The notes: generated by a model not told the origin, from the letters alone. A DNA stretch of 64,000 nt from an uncultured delta proteobacterium (GCA_963754925.1 CAVWHX010000009.1:32001-96000), one strand, 5' to 3'; positions 43,322-54,677 are shown, numbered from the stretch's first letter. Made by a program: numbers and translations.

Positions 43322-44016
43322 GGTCCCGCTCCATCAGGGCTCTCCGCAAAGCGGTAGCCGACCCCGCGCACCGTCTCAATGTACTCGCCGGCGCGACCGA
43401 GCTTTTCCCGCAGGCGTTTGACATGGGTGTCCACGGTTCTGGTGGTGATGGCCGCTTCGATGCCCCATACGTCGTCGAGCAGAACCGTCCTATTCTGAAC
43501 GCGGTTGCGCCGGTCATAGAGCGTTACGAGGAGTTTAAACTCCAGGGCGGTGAGCTCAACTTCCCGTTCGGCCACCCACACGCGGTGCGCGTCGCAATCA
43601 ACGCGCAACCATCCAAACTCAAAAGACTGCGGCGCGGCGCTTTCTCCCTGCGTGCGCCGAAGAATCGCCTCGATCCGGAGGAGCAGCTCCCGGACGCTGA
43701 ACGGCTTTACCACGTAGTCGTCGGCGCCAAGCTCGAATCCGACGACACGGTCGACCTCTTCACCTTTGGCGGTGAGCATGAGGATCGGAATACCCTTCGT
43801 TTTCGGATCTCGTTTGATGGTCTTGCAGACCTCGGTGCCCGGCAGGTCCGGGAGCATCAGGTCGAGGATCACGAGCTCGGGGTTGCGGTCCCGCGCGATC
43901 TGGAGGCCGTCCCGTCCGCGCAACGCGGTAAGCACCTCATGGCCGGCCTGCTTAAGGTTGTAGCCCAGGACCTTCTGGAGGTCTAGTTCATCTTCGATAA
44001 CCAAAACGCGAGCCAT
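43318..44016 (-). CDS. phoB: Phosphate regulon response regulator
   Basis: REC + winged helix; ATGA-coupled to phoR; lies near the pst genes. Confidence 0.88.
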   Translation of the reverse strand: MARVLVIEDELDLQKVLGYNLKQAGHEVLTALRGRDGLQIARDRNPELVILDLMLPDLPGTEVCKTIKRDPKTKGIPILMLTAKGEEVDRVVGFELGADDYVVKPFSVRELLLRIEAILRRTQGESAAPQSFEFGWLRVDCDAHRVWVAEREVELTALEFKLLVTLYDRRNRVQNRTVLLDDVWGIEAAITTRTVDTHVKRLREKLGRAGEYIETVRGVGYRFAESPDGAGP

Positions 44017-44133
44017 GGTATGCCCTCCGTGCGGAGTGAAACAACTTCTTCAGCAAGCGCGACTCGGGCATTGCTCCACTAGCGCCACGAGCCGTCTCAC
44101 CTCATTCTGGTTACCACGAAGTGCGTATGGGTT

Positions 44134-45816
44134 TCAAATGGAGGTTGGTTGCGAGGCGAGGCGCGTGGTTTGCACGCTCTTCCCAACCCTCCAGACAAGT
44201 TTATGCAGCAGGTACCTTACCATTCCTGGCGCTAGAGCCAGCTGCATGGCGATATCATATGAACGCAGGTCATTCTGTTCTTCTAAAGGCTTGGGCAAGG
44301 GCAGCCCTTTTAGTCCATGCAATTTTTCCTCGATGAGATTTTCACTCTCATCGTACAAACCGTCCTCGATTTTTTTCAAGTAATCAATGTAGTATCCATC
44401 CGCGACGCGCGCAATGGATTCGTTCATTCTTCTAATGCCGTAGCCATGCACGATTCCGAACAAAGAATCGAATACATTTTTTTTGAACACACTTTTGAGA
44501 ATATAGCCGTGCGTGTACACGTCGTTATAGATGTCGATGATAATGCGCTGGAGAGTGCTCGGTTTCATTTTTTTGGGGAAATAGGTTATAAAGCTGCCGG
44601 TCATGTAGTCGGCATACGAGGAATTTGACGGGTCCGTCATTTGGTAATACGTCATGAACCGTCGATTGAGCGGTACCAACAGGGTGCCGTCGTCTTCCCG
44701 TTTGATGTCGTGCAGGATAAACACATTAAGACTCAGATTGTTTTGCCTGATAAATTGCACCAACTCGCGCGCCTTCTCTTTGGTATCGCCGTCATACCCA
44801 AACGCGAATGTGCCAATCACATGGATGCCGCTTTTTTTGATATTATGAAGAGACCATACCACATCGGCGCTGGTCTGCTTTTTATTAAAGGCTTTGAGGT
44901 TCGCATCAACCAGGGATTCGACTCCCACAATCAGGCATTGAACGCCTGCTTTTTTCAAAAGGGCGAGTGTTTCTTCATCGTGACCTATCTCTTCGCGCTC
45001 GAAAACGATTAAGGTCGCGCCCAGGTTTTCCTTTATCAGCCGGTTGAGCAAAAGCTTCGTTTTCTCTCTGTTTCCGAAAAAGCTGTTGTCCACCACGAAA
45101 AACCAATCATTATAGCGCTGCTTGTCCTTGATTTCGGCGATTATGCTATCGATGTCCCGGTTTCTGTACACGCCGCCGAAAAGCTTTTGCGTAGGACAGA
45201 AGCTGCATTTATAGTGACATCCCCGCGAGGTCTGGAGCGTGTTTTGAATATTATACAAACGTCCAATACCCAGTGTCATGCGTTTGAATCCGCGGATGAG
45301 CGTCATATCGGGAATAATCGAAGGAATTACGGGAGGAACACGACTCGGCGTTTTTACAATCCCTCTGTCTTTTTTAAACATAATACCTTGTACGCGTTCA
45401 ATATCTCCCCGGTTCATGATACATTTGATAAGTTCCGGCAAAACCTCATCGCCCTCGCAGCAGACCGCGTAATGACAGAAATCCAACACGGTTTCCGGGA
45501 ACATGATAACGTGCGGGCCGCCGATTATGACGCTGATGCCGGGTTTTTCCTTCATAATACGCATAGCGCATTCTTTAACTTTATTATACGCGGGGGCAAA
45601 CAGCGGAAAACATACAACGTCGCAATCGGTCATGGTTTCAAAATCCATCCGACTTGTTCCTTCCAGATAAACCGCAACATCGTATCCCTTTTGCTTTAAT
45701 ATCGTTGCGAGAAGAGGCGTTCCGTATTTCGGAAACACTCTTCTCGCGGCAAGGGTATTCAACTTCGCGTTATACTCGATAAAATTCACTCTCGTATGAG
45801 ATGGTATATCTGACAT
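44134..45816 (-). CDS. Cobalamin-binding radical SAM protein
   Basis: B12-binding region (IIGGPH, CEGDE) and TSRGCHYKCSFC (CX3CX2C). Confidence 0.85.
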   Translation of the reverse strand: MSDIPSHTRVNFIEYNAKLNTLAARRVFPKYGTPLLATILKQKGYDVAVYLEGTSRMDFETMTDCDVVCFPLFAPAYNKVKECAMRIMKEKPGISVIIGGPHVIMFPETVLDFCHYAVCCEGDEVLPELIKCIMNRGDIERVQGIMFKKDRGIVKTPSRVPPVIPSIIPDMTLIRGFKRMTLGIGRLYNIQNTLQTSRGCHYKCSFCPTQKLFGGVYRNRDIDSIIAEIKDKQRYNDWFFVVDNSFFGNREKTKLLLNRLIKENLGATLIVFEREEIGHDEETLALLKKAGVQCLIVGVESLVDANLKAFNKKQTSADVVWSLHNIKKSGIHVIGTFAFGYDGDTKEKARELVQFIRQNNLSLNVFILHDIKREDDGTLLVPLNRRFMTYYQMTDPSNSSYADYMTGSFITYFPKKMKPSTLQRIIIDIYNDVYTHGYILKSVFKKNVFDSLFGIVHGYGIRRMNESIARVADGYYIDYLKKIEDGLYDESENLIEEKLHGLKGLPLPKPLEEQNDLRSYDIAMQLALAPGMVRYLLHKLVWRVGKSVQTTRLASQPTSI

Positions 45817-46024
45817 GGCGCACCCTCCCTTTGACTTTTTCTTCTATAAACCCGTTTGAGCAATACCGAACCTACCTCCAATCCGCTGAGGGATTTCTCA
45901 TTTTTGTCCGGTATGATTCCTCCAGGGAAAAAACGTTATTTTGATGCTTCAAAGTATGGTATTGTCACGCTGGTTGTATACGCAGTAGATGGTTTAATGT
46001 TTGGAACTTTGTCATTGGTCATCA

Positions 46025-46076
46025 ATGTTGACACTGCAATTATATGATAACCTTAGAATGTGTGCGATGTCAACAT
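46025..46076. promoter_or_regulatory. Probable TetR operator pair
   Basis: ATGTTGACA(46025-46033) and its inverse TGTCAACAT(46068-46076); the first contains a TTGACA hexamer and the second overlaps the tetR start. Confidence 0.55.
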
Positions 46077-46737
46077 GAAAAATGCCAGGACACCCAAACC
46101 GCGCCCGACCCGCTCAAGAATCAAGCGCAAGAGCCGAACCCACCCCGCCAGATACCACCACGGCAATCTGCGCGCCGCGCTGATCGAGGCGGGCCTGAAG
46201 GCGCTGGAGGTTAATGATCGGCGTGAGTTGAGCGTGCGTGAACTGGCGCGACGCGTGGGCGTGTCGGCCAATGCCTCCTACCGACACTTCGCCAACAAGG
46301 AAGCCCTCCTGTCAGCGCTGGCTGCGGAAGGCTTCCGCCGCCTGCAAGCGGCATACAACAAAGCCACCGCGCAGCAGAGCCGGTCAGACGCGGGCTTTCG
46401 CGCGGCCGGTCGCGCCTATGTGCATTTCGCCATCGACAACCCGGCGCTGTTCCGTTTAATGTTCGAGCACTTTACCCTCAGCCCGGAAGACCCGGAGCTG
46501 CTCGAAGCATCGATGGCATGCTTTCAATGGATGCTCAACTTCCTGGCTGGGGTGATCGGGCTTACGCCCGATGACCCACGCGTGTTGATGAATGCCTTGG
46601 TAGGTTGGAGCACCGTGCATGGGTTGACCCACCTGGTCCTGAGCGGGCAGTTGGACTCCTTTGGCGGCGTTACCGACCAACTGATTGATGCAGTCGTGAA
46701 CACGGATGTTCCGCTCTTTATGACGCTGAACAAGTAG
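46075..46737 (+). CDS. TetR/AcrR family regulator (WHG-type C-terminus)
   Basis: YHHGNLRAALI, LSVRELARRVGVSANASYRHF..KEAL, WSTVHG. Confidence 0.9.
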   Translation: MKNARTPKPRPTRSRIKRKSRTHPARYHHGNLRAALIEAGLKALEVNDRRELSVRELARRVGVSANASYRHFANKEALLSALAAEGFRRLQAAYNKATAQQSRSDAGFRAAGRAYVHFAIDNPALFRLMFEHFTLSPEDPELLEASMACFQWMLNFLAGVIGLTPDDPRVLMNALVGWSTVHGLTHLVLSGQLDSFGGVTDQLIDAVVNTDVPLFMTLNK

Positions 46738-46800
46738 GCAACCAGATTGACAGGCGTCTCTTGAGTGTTCTCTGTGTGGTTAGCTCGGAGCACCTGCGCA

Positions 46801-47845
46801 TTACGGCGCCTCGGTCGGTGTAACCTGCAGTTCCAATATCTCCGTTACGCGCAGCACCTTCACCGTCGCCGGTTTCTTTGACGGCCACTCCGTCAGGAAA
46901 CGGTGCAAATCGTCTATGCTGGCGATCGGATGATCCGCCACGCCCAGTATCATGTCGCCCGGCAGAAGGCCCGATCGCTTCGCCGGTCCCCGTTGCTCAA
47001 CCTCCACCACCTCCACTCCCTGTTCCAGGGGGAGCGCGTAATGGCGAACAATGCGCCGGTGAATCGGACGCGTGCCGCCGACAATACCCAGGTACGCCCG
47101 TGGCACTCGGCCCTGCGACATCAGCTTGGCCAGAACCCAACTCACGGTGTTTGAGGGGACGGCGAATCCGATACCCTGTGCCGCTGCGATGGCAGCCGTA
47201 TTAATCCCGACGACCTGGCCCTTGATGTTGATGAGCGGACCGCCTGAGTTGCCGGGGTTCAACGGCGCGGTGTGCTGGATCACGTTCTCGATGAGCCGCC
47301 CGTTGATGCTGCGCAGGGCGCGCCCCAAAGCACTGACGACCCCGGTTGAGACTGTGGAGTCGAATCCGAGCGGGTTGCCGACCGCTATGACGGTCTGGCC
47401 GGCGCGCAACTGATGTGAATCGCCCAGTTCCGCGAACGCCAGGCCGGAGCCGCCGACCCAGATCGCGGCCAAGTCCGTCGGCGGATCGACGCCCACCAGG
47501 GTGGCGTTTCGCGTGCTCCCATCGGTGAACTCGACGCCAATTTCTCTGGCGCCGAGAACCACATGGCTGTTGGTAATGATGTACCCGTCGGGGGCGATGA
47601 CCACGCCGGAGCCGCTGCCGCGTCGCTCTGGATTAGCCGCGCCGTTGCCGTATCGGGTGACGATACTCACCACAGCGGGAGCCACGCCCGCGACGATCGC
47701 GGCCACGGCGCGGGAAAAGGACTCGAGTATCCCGATGTCGCCCGCGACATGGTCGACGACGATGCGGGGTCTTGGGGTGTCGGATACCTCATCGGCGCTG
47801 CCGGTTGGTTTCCACGTTCTCGGAAATAGGTATAACACGCGCCAC
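46801..47845 (-). CDS. HtrA/DegP-like serine protease with PDZ domain (probable GTG start at 47845, early frameshift)
   Basis: GSGSGV, TNSHVV, DLA, LNPGNSGGPL, C-terminal PDZ; RBS AGGAGG precedes GTG at 47845. Confidence 0.85.
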
Positions 47846-47951
47846 GTTTTGCCTCCTAGCGGCGAACGGCCGTCTATTCTCACTCAAAGGTAAGTACGCC
47901 GATACCCTGTGGCAAGAGCTGTTCGTGAAGTATTTTGTTGGGGCAACCCCG

Positions 47952-48787
47952 TCAGGACCCCATCGACCTCATGACCTTAAGCATTAACCAATCGAAAGCC
48001 CGGTCGGACAGCACCGAGCGCAAGAACAGTATCGGCCGGGCGCCGGCCCCGGCCGCGTACCTCGTCTTCGGCCTCTTGGCCAGGAGGACCTTTTCGATCA
48101 CCTTGGCGATAACGTCCGGGGGAGAGGCCCGCTTATACGCAACGGTAAGAAGACGCGCGTTCAACCGCGCGAGCTCCCGGTAGTCGGTGCTGCCGGAGGT
48201 CTTCATCACATTCTCGGCCGCAATGCCACCCCACTCGGTCTTGATGCCGCCGGGCTCGACAACGACCACGTCGATGCCGAAACCTTTGACCTCGAGCCGC
48301 AGGCAATCGCTGAGCGCCTCGAGGGCGAACTTCGTCGCGTGGTACCAGCTCCCCATCGGTTCGTAGATCTTTCCGCCGATCGACGAGATGTTGACGATCT
48401 TCCCGTAACGCTGCTTCCGCATCGAGGGCAGCACGAGCTGCATCATCCGCGCGGCCCCGAATACATTCACCTCGAACTGGCGCCGGGCTTCGGCCGGGAA
48501 ACGTCCTCGAGAGCGCCGTACGAGCCGTAGCCGGCGTTGTTGACGAGGATGTCGATCCGGCCCTGCTCCGCGAGGATGCACGCTACCATCGCGACCATCG
48601 ACCCTTCGTCGGTGACGTCAAGCTTCAGGATGTTGATGCCTCGTAACTTCAAGGCGGCCATGCGATCAAGTCTACGTGCCGCTGCATAAACAACAAATCC
48701 TGCCCGCATCAGCCGGATTGCCGTTGCCTCGCCGATTCCCGACGAGGCCCCCGTGACGAGGACGACTTTTTTCGATTTCATGTCCAT
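47952..48787 (-). CDS. Short-chain dehydrogenase/reductase (frameshift ~48495)
   Basis: TGASSGIG, LVNNAGYG, NISS, YHATK (YxxxK). Confidence 0.88.
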
Positions 48788-48859
48788 GGGTTCTCCTTTG
48801 TCAATTCCCCAACGTCTCGGCACCGGCACAGCTTCTATGGGTTTTTTAATTAAGGGAAG

Positions 48860-48937
48860 AAAAAAATTAGGCCCCGGAGCGACAAGCTACACCCTAAGGG
48901 GGGAGTAGGCATAAGCCTGTTACACCACGGGGCCCTA
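48860..48937 (-). ncRNA. Candidate ~78-nt hairpin sRNA or structured leader with a C-rich loop and U-tail
   Basis: Minus strand GGCCCCG/CGGGGCC and ACAGGCU/AGCUUGU stems, loop CUCCCCCCU, then U7. Confidence 0.5.
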
Positions 48938-48944
48938 CAATGTA

Positions 48945-48973
48945 TAGAACGCTCGATGGTCCTTAATTATTCC
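48945..48973 (-). promoter_or_regulatory. ECF-sigma-type promoter
   Basis: Minus strand GGAATA-N16-CGTTCTA ending 7 nt before the hairpin. Confidence 0.55.
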
Positions 48974-49162
48974 GCCTACATTAGGCAAAGGACACGCAGG
49001 GGCGCACCATCCCCCTCATGGCTGCCCACCCAAGAGCCTTCGAATAGATTGATTCAAATTGAATGAAATGATAGTTCATCATGATTGAGCCCGTCGCCTC
49101 ATAGACTGGCTCTGGCAATGGCCATAACTGCGATGGTCGTTTATCAAAGAGGAGGATGGAAA

Positions 49163-49948
49163 ATGCGTTACCTGCTCATTGCGTTTTCGATGCTGCTTTT
49201 GCCGGTGAGCTTGGCCCAAGCTCAGATCAGCGTCAACGTCGGTATCAACATGCCGGTATATCCGGAGTTGGTCCCCGTGCCGGGCTATCCCGTCTACTAC
49301 GCCCCTCACGCGAGTTCGAATTACTTCTTTTACGACGGAATGTACTGGGCGTACTGGGAAGACAACTGGTATGCGAGCGGCTGGTACAACGGGCCGTGGC
49401 AGCCGGTGGCGCCCATGGAGGTGCCGCTGTTTGTGCTGCGCGTTCCGGTGCGCTACTACCGACAGCCTCCGATGTATTTTCGCGGCTGGCGCGACGACGG
49501 GCCGCCCCGATGGGGCGAGCATTGGGGCCATGACTGGGAAGACCATCGACGCGGATGGGACCGCTGGGACCGCCGCGCCGTTCCCCATGCCGCACCGTTG
49601 CCGGTTTACCAGCGGGCGTATTCGGGGGACCGCTATCCTCACGAGGCGGAACAGCGACATTCGATTCAATCCGAGCATTACCATTATCAGCCGCATGAGG
49701 CCGTATCGCGGCAGCATTTTCAACAGCTGCACAACACGGGCAGCTCGCGCGCCCAGCCGCAACAGCCTATCCGAGAGCGATCGTCCGTTCACCAACAGCC
49801 GGTGCAACCGCATCAGCAACCGCAACACCTGCAACCGGCGCAGCCGCAACACGCGCAACCGGCGCAGCGCCCGCAACACCCCCAAACCGCACCGCACAAC
49901 ACGGGTCGGGAGAACAGACACGAAGAGCACGGCGAGGAACACCGATAA
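49163..49948 (+). CDS. Secreted Trp/Tyr/Pro-rich protein with a low-complexity Gln/Pro/His tail
   Basis: RBS GAGGAGG, signal peptide, 'SVNVGINMP.YP.LVPVPGYPVYYAP', WYNGPW. Confidence 0.75.
   Translation: MRYLLIAFSMLLLPVSLAQAQISVNVGINMPVYPELVPVPGYPVYYAPHASSNYFFYDGMYWAYWEDNWYASGWYNGPWQPVAPMEVPLFVLRVPVRYYRQPPMYFRGWRDDGPPRWGEHWGHDWEDHRRGWDRWDRRAVPHAAPLPVYQRAYSGDRYPHEAEQRHSIQSEHYHYQPHEAVSRQHFQQLHNTGSSRAQPQQPIRERSSVHQQPVQPHQQPQHLQPAQPQHAQPAQRPQHPQTAPHNTGRENRHEEHGEEHR
49817..49880 (+). repeat. Imperfect 24-bp coding tandem repeat (QPQHxQPA)
   Basis: CAACCGCAACACCTGCAACCGGCG / CAGCCGCAACACGCGCAACCGGCG / partial third copy. Confidence 0.7.
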
Positions 49949-49994
49949 TTAGCTATACTTCATTTCCAACGATAGGTATCGAGATTTCAATCTG

Positions 49995-52900
49995 TTAAGA
50001 ATAACAAGTTCTATTAATAATAACCTTCTTTAATTCATCGGAAAGGTTATTAAAGTATGCGCAGTATCCGGCTACGCGCACCAGGAGATAGGGGTGTTTT
50101 TCCGGATGGTGGTATGCATCCAGTAATAGTTCTCTGTTGAGAACGTTGGGCTGGAATTGCATGCCGCCTTTCTTGAAATAGGTGCTGATTAAACCTGAGA
50201 GGTTTCTGACTCCGTCAGGGCCCTGAAACAATGCGGAATCAATAGTGAACGTGACCGTGGTGCCATTGGGGGCATAGGTTTCAAAATCAACGCCGGCCAC
50301 GGAATTCAGTGATGACAATAAGTCCGCCATCTGCATTCCATAATGAGGAGCAACACTGTTGGCGAGAGGAACCCCCCTCAATCTGCCTGAAGGCAGTGAA
50401 GGCGTTTTTGCACCGTAAACATCACTTACATTCAAGGCGTAATAACCGGCGGTATATATGCCGTTACGCGGACAGTTCTCTACCTGTTTCAAAGCGTTAA
50501 CATAAATCTGTAAGACTCGGTTAACCCATTCGACCGCCTCACGGGACTCATCATGACCAAATTTCGGCACAGCGAGTAACGCCCATCGGATGCGCTGATA
50601 ATATTCTCCGGCAAAGTCGTTGTCGATGGCGTTGATGATGTCATGTATTGAATACAGCTTTTTCTCGTATACGACTTCATTAATGGCGTGCAGCGAATCC
50701 GCGACATCCGTAATTCCTACTGCCTGAATGCCGCTGCTGTTAAACGTCGTGCCGCCTTCGTTCACATCTTTTCCGCTTTCAATACATCCCGTAAAGAGAG
50801 AAGATGCCAGGGGTGTGGTAAAGTCTTTACCAATCGCCTTTTCGATTTTCTGGTGATCAGCCAATATAGAGGACGCCAGATGATTCAAACGTGTCTGATA
50901 GCGTTCAAGCAGTTCATCCATGTTCGCGGGCGGATTGGGCCTGGAGGCCCTCTTCTTTTTATACCTGCCGCGGGCTTGGTTATATTTCAACACAATAAAT
51001 TTAGAAAATGCAGTATCCCCGCTGAAGGTGTATTCGACAAATTTGGTGATCATTTTCTCCCGTTGATCGGAGAGTCCAAAGTTCCATAAATCATCTTCTT
51101 CGCCTTTCATGGCCTGCAGGAACGGCAGGACCACGTTCATATTGGCGCAGTCGGTATTGCCGAAATGATCATCAGAAGCAGTGGGCTCGACACATCCCAC
51201 TATCGAGTAGTTTCTCGCGTCTTCCCGTGTGGTGGGGTAATGTTTTTGTATGGTTTTAATATACCTTCATCATTAAACAATTCCGGCATGGGTGACCCAT
51301 TGATATATACCTCTGCAATCCTGTCCAGATATCGCGGGGGACTGTTTTGATGAATTCTTGCCGTCATATTTACGGCGAGAGGCTGCAGTTCGCAAACATC
51401 CAGCAGCATGTAGGTTAGGTCATTGGTGGCGTCGTGGCCGTTTTTGTCAACACCTCCAAACGTCAACGCTTGATCGGTAGACTGCGTCTCAAAAAGTCTT
51501 CCGATTCTAAGATAGGTATCGCCGTCGTTTACGAGAATGGCCTCGTCCATTTTGAGAATAAATAAGGCCAGCAGTTCTTTCGCCTTCTCATAATCCATTA
51601 TTCCGGCCTCGGTATCCTTTTTATAGTAGGGATATAGTATCTGGTCGAGGCGTCCAAAGGATACCGCATTTTCATAGGACTCTATGCACAGCGCGATCTG
51701 TAAAAACATCATGGATTGGAGCGCCTCATGATAGGTGCGGGCAGGATATCGAGGGACCTGTCTGCAAATCTCCGCCATTTCTTCAAGTTCTCTACGGCGG
51801 GCCGGATCTGTTTCTTTTTGAGTTAACTCCGACAGTACATTGGCGTATCTTTCTGCAAAACTCTCCAGCGCTTTGAGGGCGATAATGGCGCCGTTATAGA
51901 AGTCCTGATTATTTTCAGGCTTTTCTTTTTGCTTTTGTTCAATCTCTTGTATGATTCCGGTGGTTCCACGTTTGAGCATGCGTTCGAAATTGACGACAAA
52001 ATGCGCTATGGCGGCCGTGTTATTATTGAATCCGGTATTCATTTCGGAACATCGCGCAAGGTTCAACATAAAATCCGAAAAAGATTTGTACACCTTCATC
52101 AAAAGGCAGTGTTTTCGCCAGAAGGGAAATATTCTAAAATAAAAATTAAGCTTGTCTCTAAAAGAACACTTGAAGGAAACCGGCGTCTGTCGATTGATTT
52201 GATGGAGAATGGAAACAAAAAGAACGCCGTAGTGTTCTTCCCAGATCTGGCCGCCGACGCGCTTTGAAGTAAAATTGCCGACGAGCAATTCATGAGGATA
52301 GATGATGATTTTCTTGTTTTTCAATACATGCGACAGACGCTGCGCTCTATGAATATGAACCGGTTTACTGAAACCATTCTTCTTGTAGAATTCCGTTTTC
52401 AGTTTGGATGCTTCAAAACAGAGGTGATAATCACTCCCCCTGATATCTTTTTGTATGTCATAAACGCGATTGGTAAAGACGGCTGTATGCCGGGAAGCAT
52501 CCAAATCACAACATTCGGCCTTGATGTCAAACGATTTGAATAATTCGACCGCGTTTTTGATGGCGGCCAGGCTTTGATCGGGAGTAATATTCAACGATTC
52601 CCGCACCAGACCCAAACGCTGTGCCTTATCTTCGTACAGGTTGTGGTATTTCAGCAACTCAATTGAGTCGTAATTGATAGACTTTAAAAAAACAGCAGTT
52701 GCTTGTATAGTGCTTTCCGTATCGTTGTATCCCGGCACCATCACCATGCGGAATTTAACATTGGCGTTTGAATCAAGCAGTTTCCTTAGATTACTGTGGA
52801 TTAATGCGCCATCCTGTTTTGTGTATTTCTTATGAAGATCGTCATCGCCGACAATCTTCAGATCAACTAAAAACAAATTTATATACGATGCTATGTTGTG

Positions 52901-53299
52901 TATATGTTCCCAGGGCGCATGCAGGGAGGTTTCGACAACGACATGAATGTTATTATTCTTAAATAAATTCAAGAGACTTATAAGGCTGCCCGGGTCCTGT
53001 AACAGAGGCTCACCGCCGCTGAGGGTCACACCGCCGCCGGTTTTGAAGTAGTACTCGTTATCTCGTAACACAACTTCCAGTATGTCGGAAATCGAATACG
53101 TGCCGTCGGGCGCCATGGTGGGATTGAATGACAGCGCTTCGGGATTCTGGCACCATACACATCTCAGGGTGCACCCCTGAAAGAAAATAGTGGTGCGGAT
53201 ACCGGGGCCGTCATGAACACAGGTGCGTTGGATTTTTAAAACTTTTAGCTTCTCGGTGTGTTCGACTGGGCGATCATCAAGATTTTTGGCGGTCTGCAT
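49995..53299 (-). CDS. Radical-SAM activating enzyme fused to a glycyl radical enzyme (~1100 aa; frameshift ~51265)
   Basis: HDGPGIRTTIFFQGCTLRCVWCQNPE and GGVTLSGGEP lie in the same ORF as the PFL-like domain (ELLVG, SFGRLDQILYPYY). After the shift come YSIVGCVEP and LVRVAGY. Confidence 0.88.
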
Positions 53300-53367
53300 T
53301 TTCTAAACAGCGCCTTCTCACATCTAGCTTCATGTTAACTCTATACGCATTACTGAGTCAATCTTAC

Positions 53368-54288
53368 CTATCGCACGAGGACCAAGACGACCTTGTTTTT
53401 CCCACCCTTCTTCGCCTGGTACAGCGCCCGATCCGCTTTTTCGATAAGCTTCCGAGGCGAAGTTATGGTGCGATCGCAGACGGCGACTCCCACGCTAACG
53501 GTAATCCGGTGCCCGCCACCGGTTATTCTCCCGGCTTTTGCTCTGATTCTTTCCGCGATTTCGCCCGCCTCATCGGGGTCGTTGGTGAATGGCAGAATGG
53601 CGACAAACTCCTCACCGCCAAAGCGGCAGCAGATATCCGAATCTCTCATCTGCTCTTTCATCGTTTTGGCTACTTTGATCAGTACCCGGTCTCCCTCTTG
53701 ATGGCCGTACCGATCGTTAACCGACTTGAAGTTATCGATGTCCAACAGAATTAAGGACACGCCGACGCGGTATCGTCGCTGGCGTCTGAACTCCAGTTCC
53801 AGCAGCTCATAACAGCTCGAGTGGTTGAAAAGGCCCGTCATCCCGTCGCGCATCGAGAGGTCTGCTATCTCCGAGACATAGGCCTCGGCAATCAACGTGG
53901 GCGAACTCAACTCACTCGTGATATTCGAAAGGTAATCCAAGGTGGCGACGGTCATGCGCACGTTTCTGCCAAGTTTCTCCGACATTATGTGCTTGTGCAC
54001 CAGCACCGTATCCCAAAGGACCTCGGCGATCTTGGGAGCAAAATAGTGGTGCGTAATCGCATAAAACAGGTCCGAATAAAAGGCGCTCCCCCGACTGTTC
54101 TTCTGTGTGCAAATAAAAGCATCCTCCGCCTCTGTCAGTTGTCGGTCGCCGGCACAGGCTGATACTAAATCAACGCGCACGGCATCCGACGCGGTTGTTC
54201 CCCGCAGCCGATCCGTGTCGTTCTCATCTTGTGCCAACGTGGGCATTCTTCGGCTACTCCCACCCATCGCCAGTCCTCCGTCGGCCAT
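53368..54288 (-). CDS. Diguanylate cyclase
   Basis: DGMTGLFN, DIDNFKSVNDRYGH..GD, RDSD I-site, RFGGEEF. Confidence 0.92.
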   Translation of the reverse strand: MADGGLAMGGSSRRMPTLAQDENDTDRLRGTTASDAVRVDLVSACAGDRQLTEAEDAFICTQKNSRGSAFYSDLFYAITHHYFAPKIAEVLWDTVLVHKHIMSEKLGRNVRMTVATLDYLSNITSELSSPTLIAEAYVSEIADLSMRDGMTGLFNHSSCYELLELEFRRQRRYRVGVSLILLDIDNFKSVNDRYGHQEGDRVLIKVAKTMKEQMRDSDICCRFGGEEFVAILPFTNDPDEAGEIAERIRAKAGRITGGGHRITVSVGVAVCDRTITSPRKLIEKADRALYQAKKGGKNKVVLVLVR

Positions 54289-54410
54289 TCCCCTCTCGGT
54301 TCGGCCACGACCGTTAATTACAACCTGTCCAGAATTATACTAGTATTTGAGGTTCTGGGCAAAAATAGATTAACGTATCACCTATCCAGATGATACCTTT
54401 GATCAGCTTC

Positions 54411-54677
54411 GGTAGTGTCTCATTTTACCAGAGGCTTACGGGTGTTCGGCAGGCGACCGTCTATCCCACAAGGGGACAAGAGCTTGTAAGCCTCACTTTG
54501 TTCGGCAACAAGCTCTAGCACCCAGGCTGCATTTGCATAATGAATTTTTCAATCTTGAGCGGTTAATTAGAGACTGTTAGTGAGCGAAGCGATACTTACA
54601 GTCTCTTATCCTTTAGGGTATGTTTCGGTCGCGTGTCGTTCGACGAATACCCGTAAGCCTCAAACTGAGACACTACC
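54411..54677. mobile_element. 267-bp MITE with imperfect ~45-bp TIRs and an 8-bp target-site duplication
   Basis: GGTAGTGTCTCA...GAGGCTTACGGGT on the left and ACCCGTAAGCCTC...TGAGACACTACC on the right; TCAGCTTC at 54403-54410 and 54678-54685. Confidence 0.8.

Noticed and set aside
44017..44133. Autoregulatory Pho box before phoBR
   Set aside because: Candidate hexamers are not in 11-bp register.
49079..49942. 287-aa minus-strand ORF
   Set aside because: Mirror of the plus-strand secreted protein, which has the RBS and signal peptide.
49995..53299. Calling the GRE pyruvate formate-lyase (pflB)
   Set aside because: The active-site loop is GCVEP with one Cys, not the adjacent Cys-Cys of PFL.
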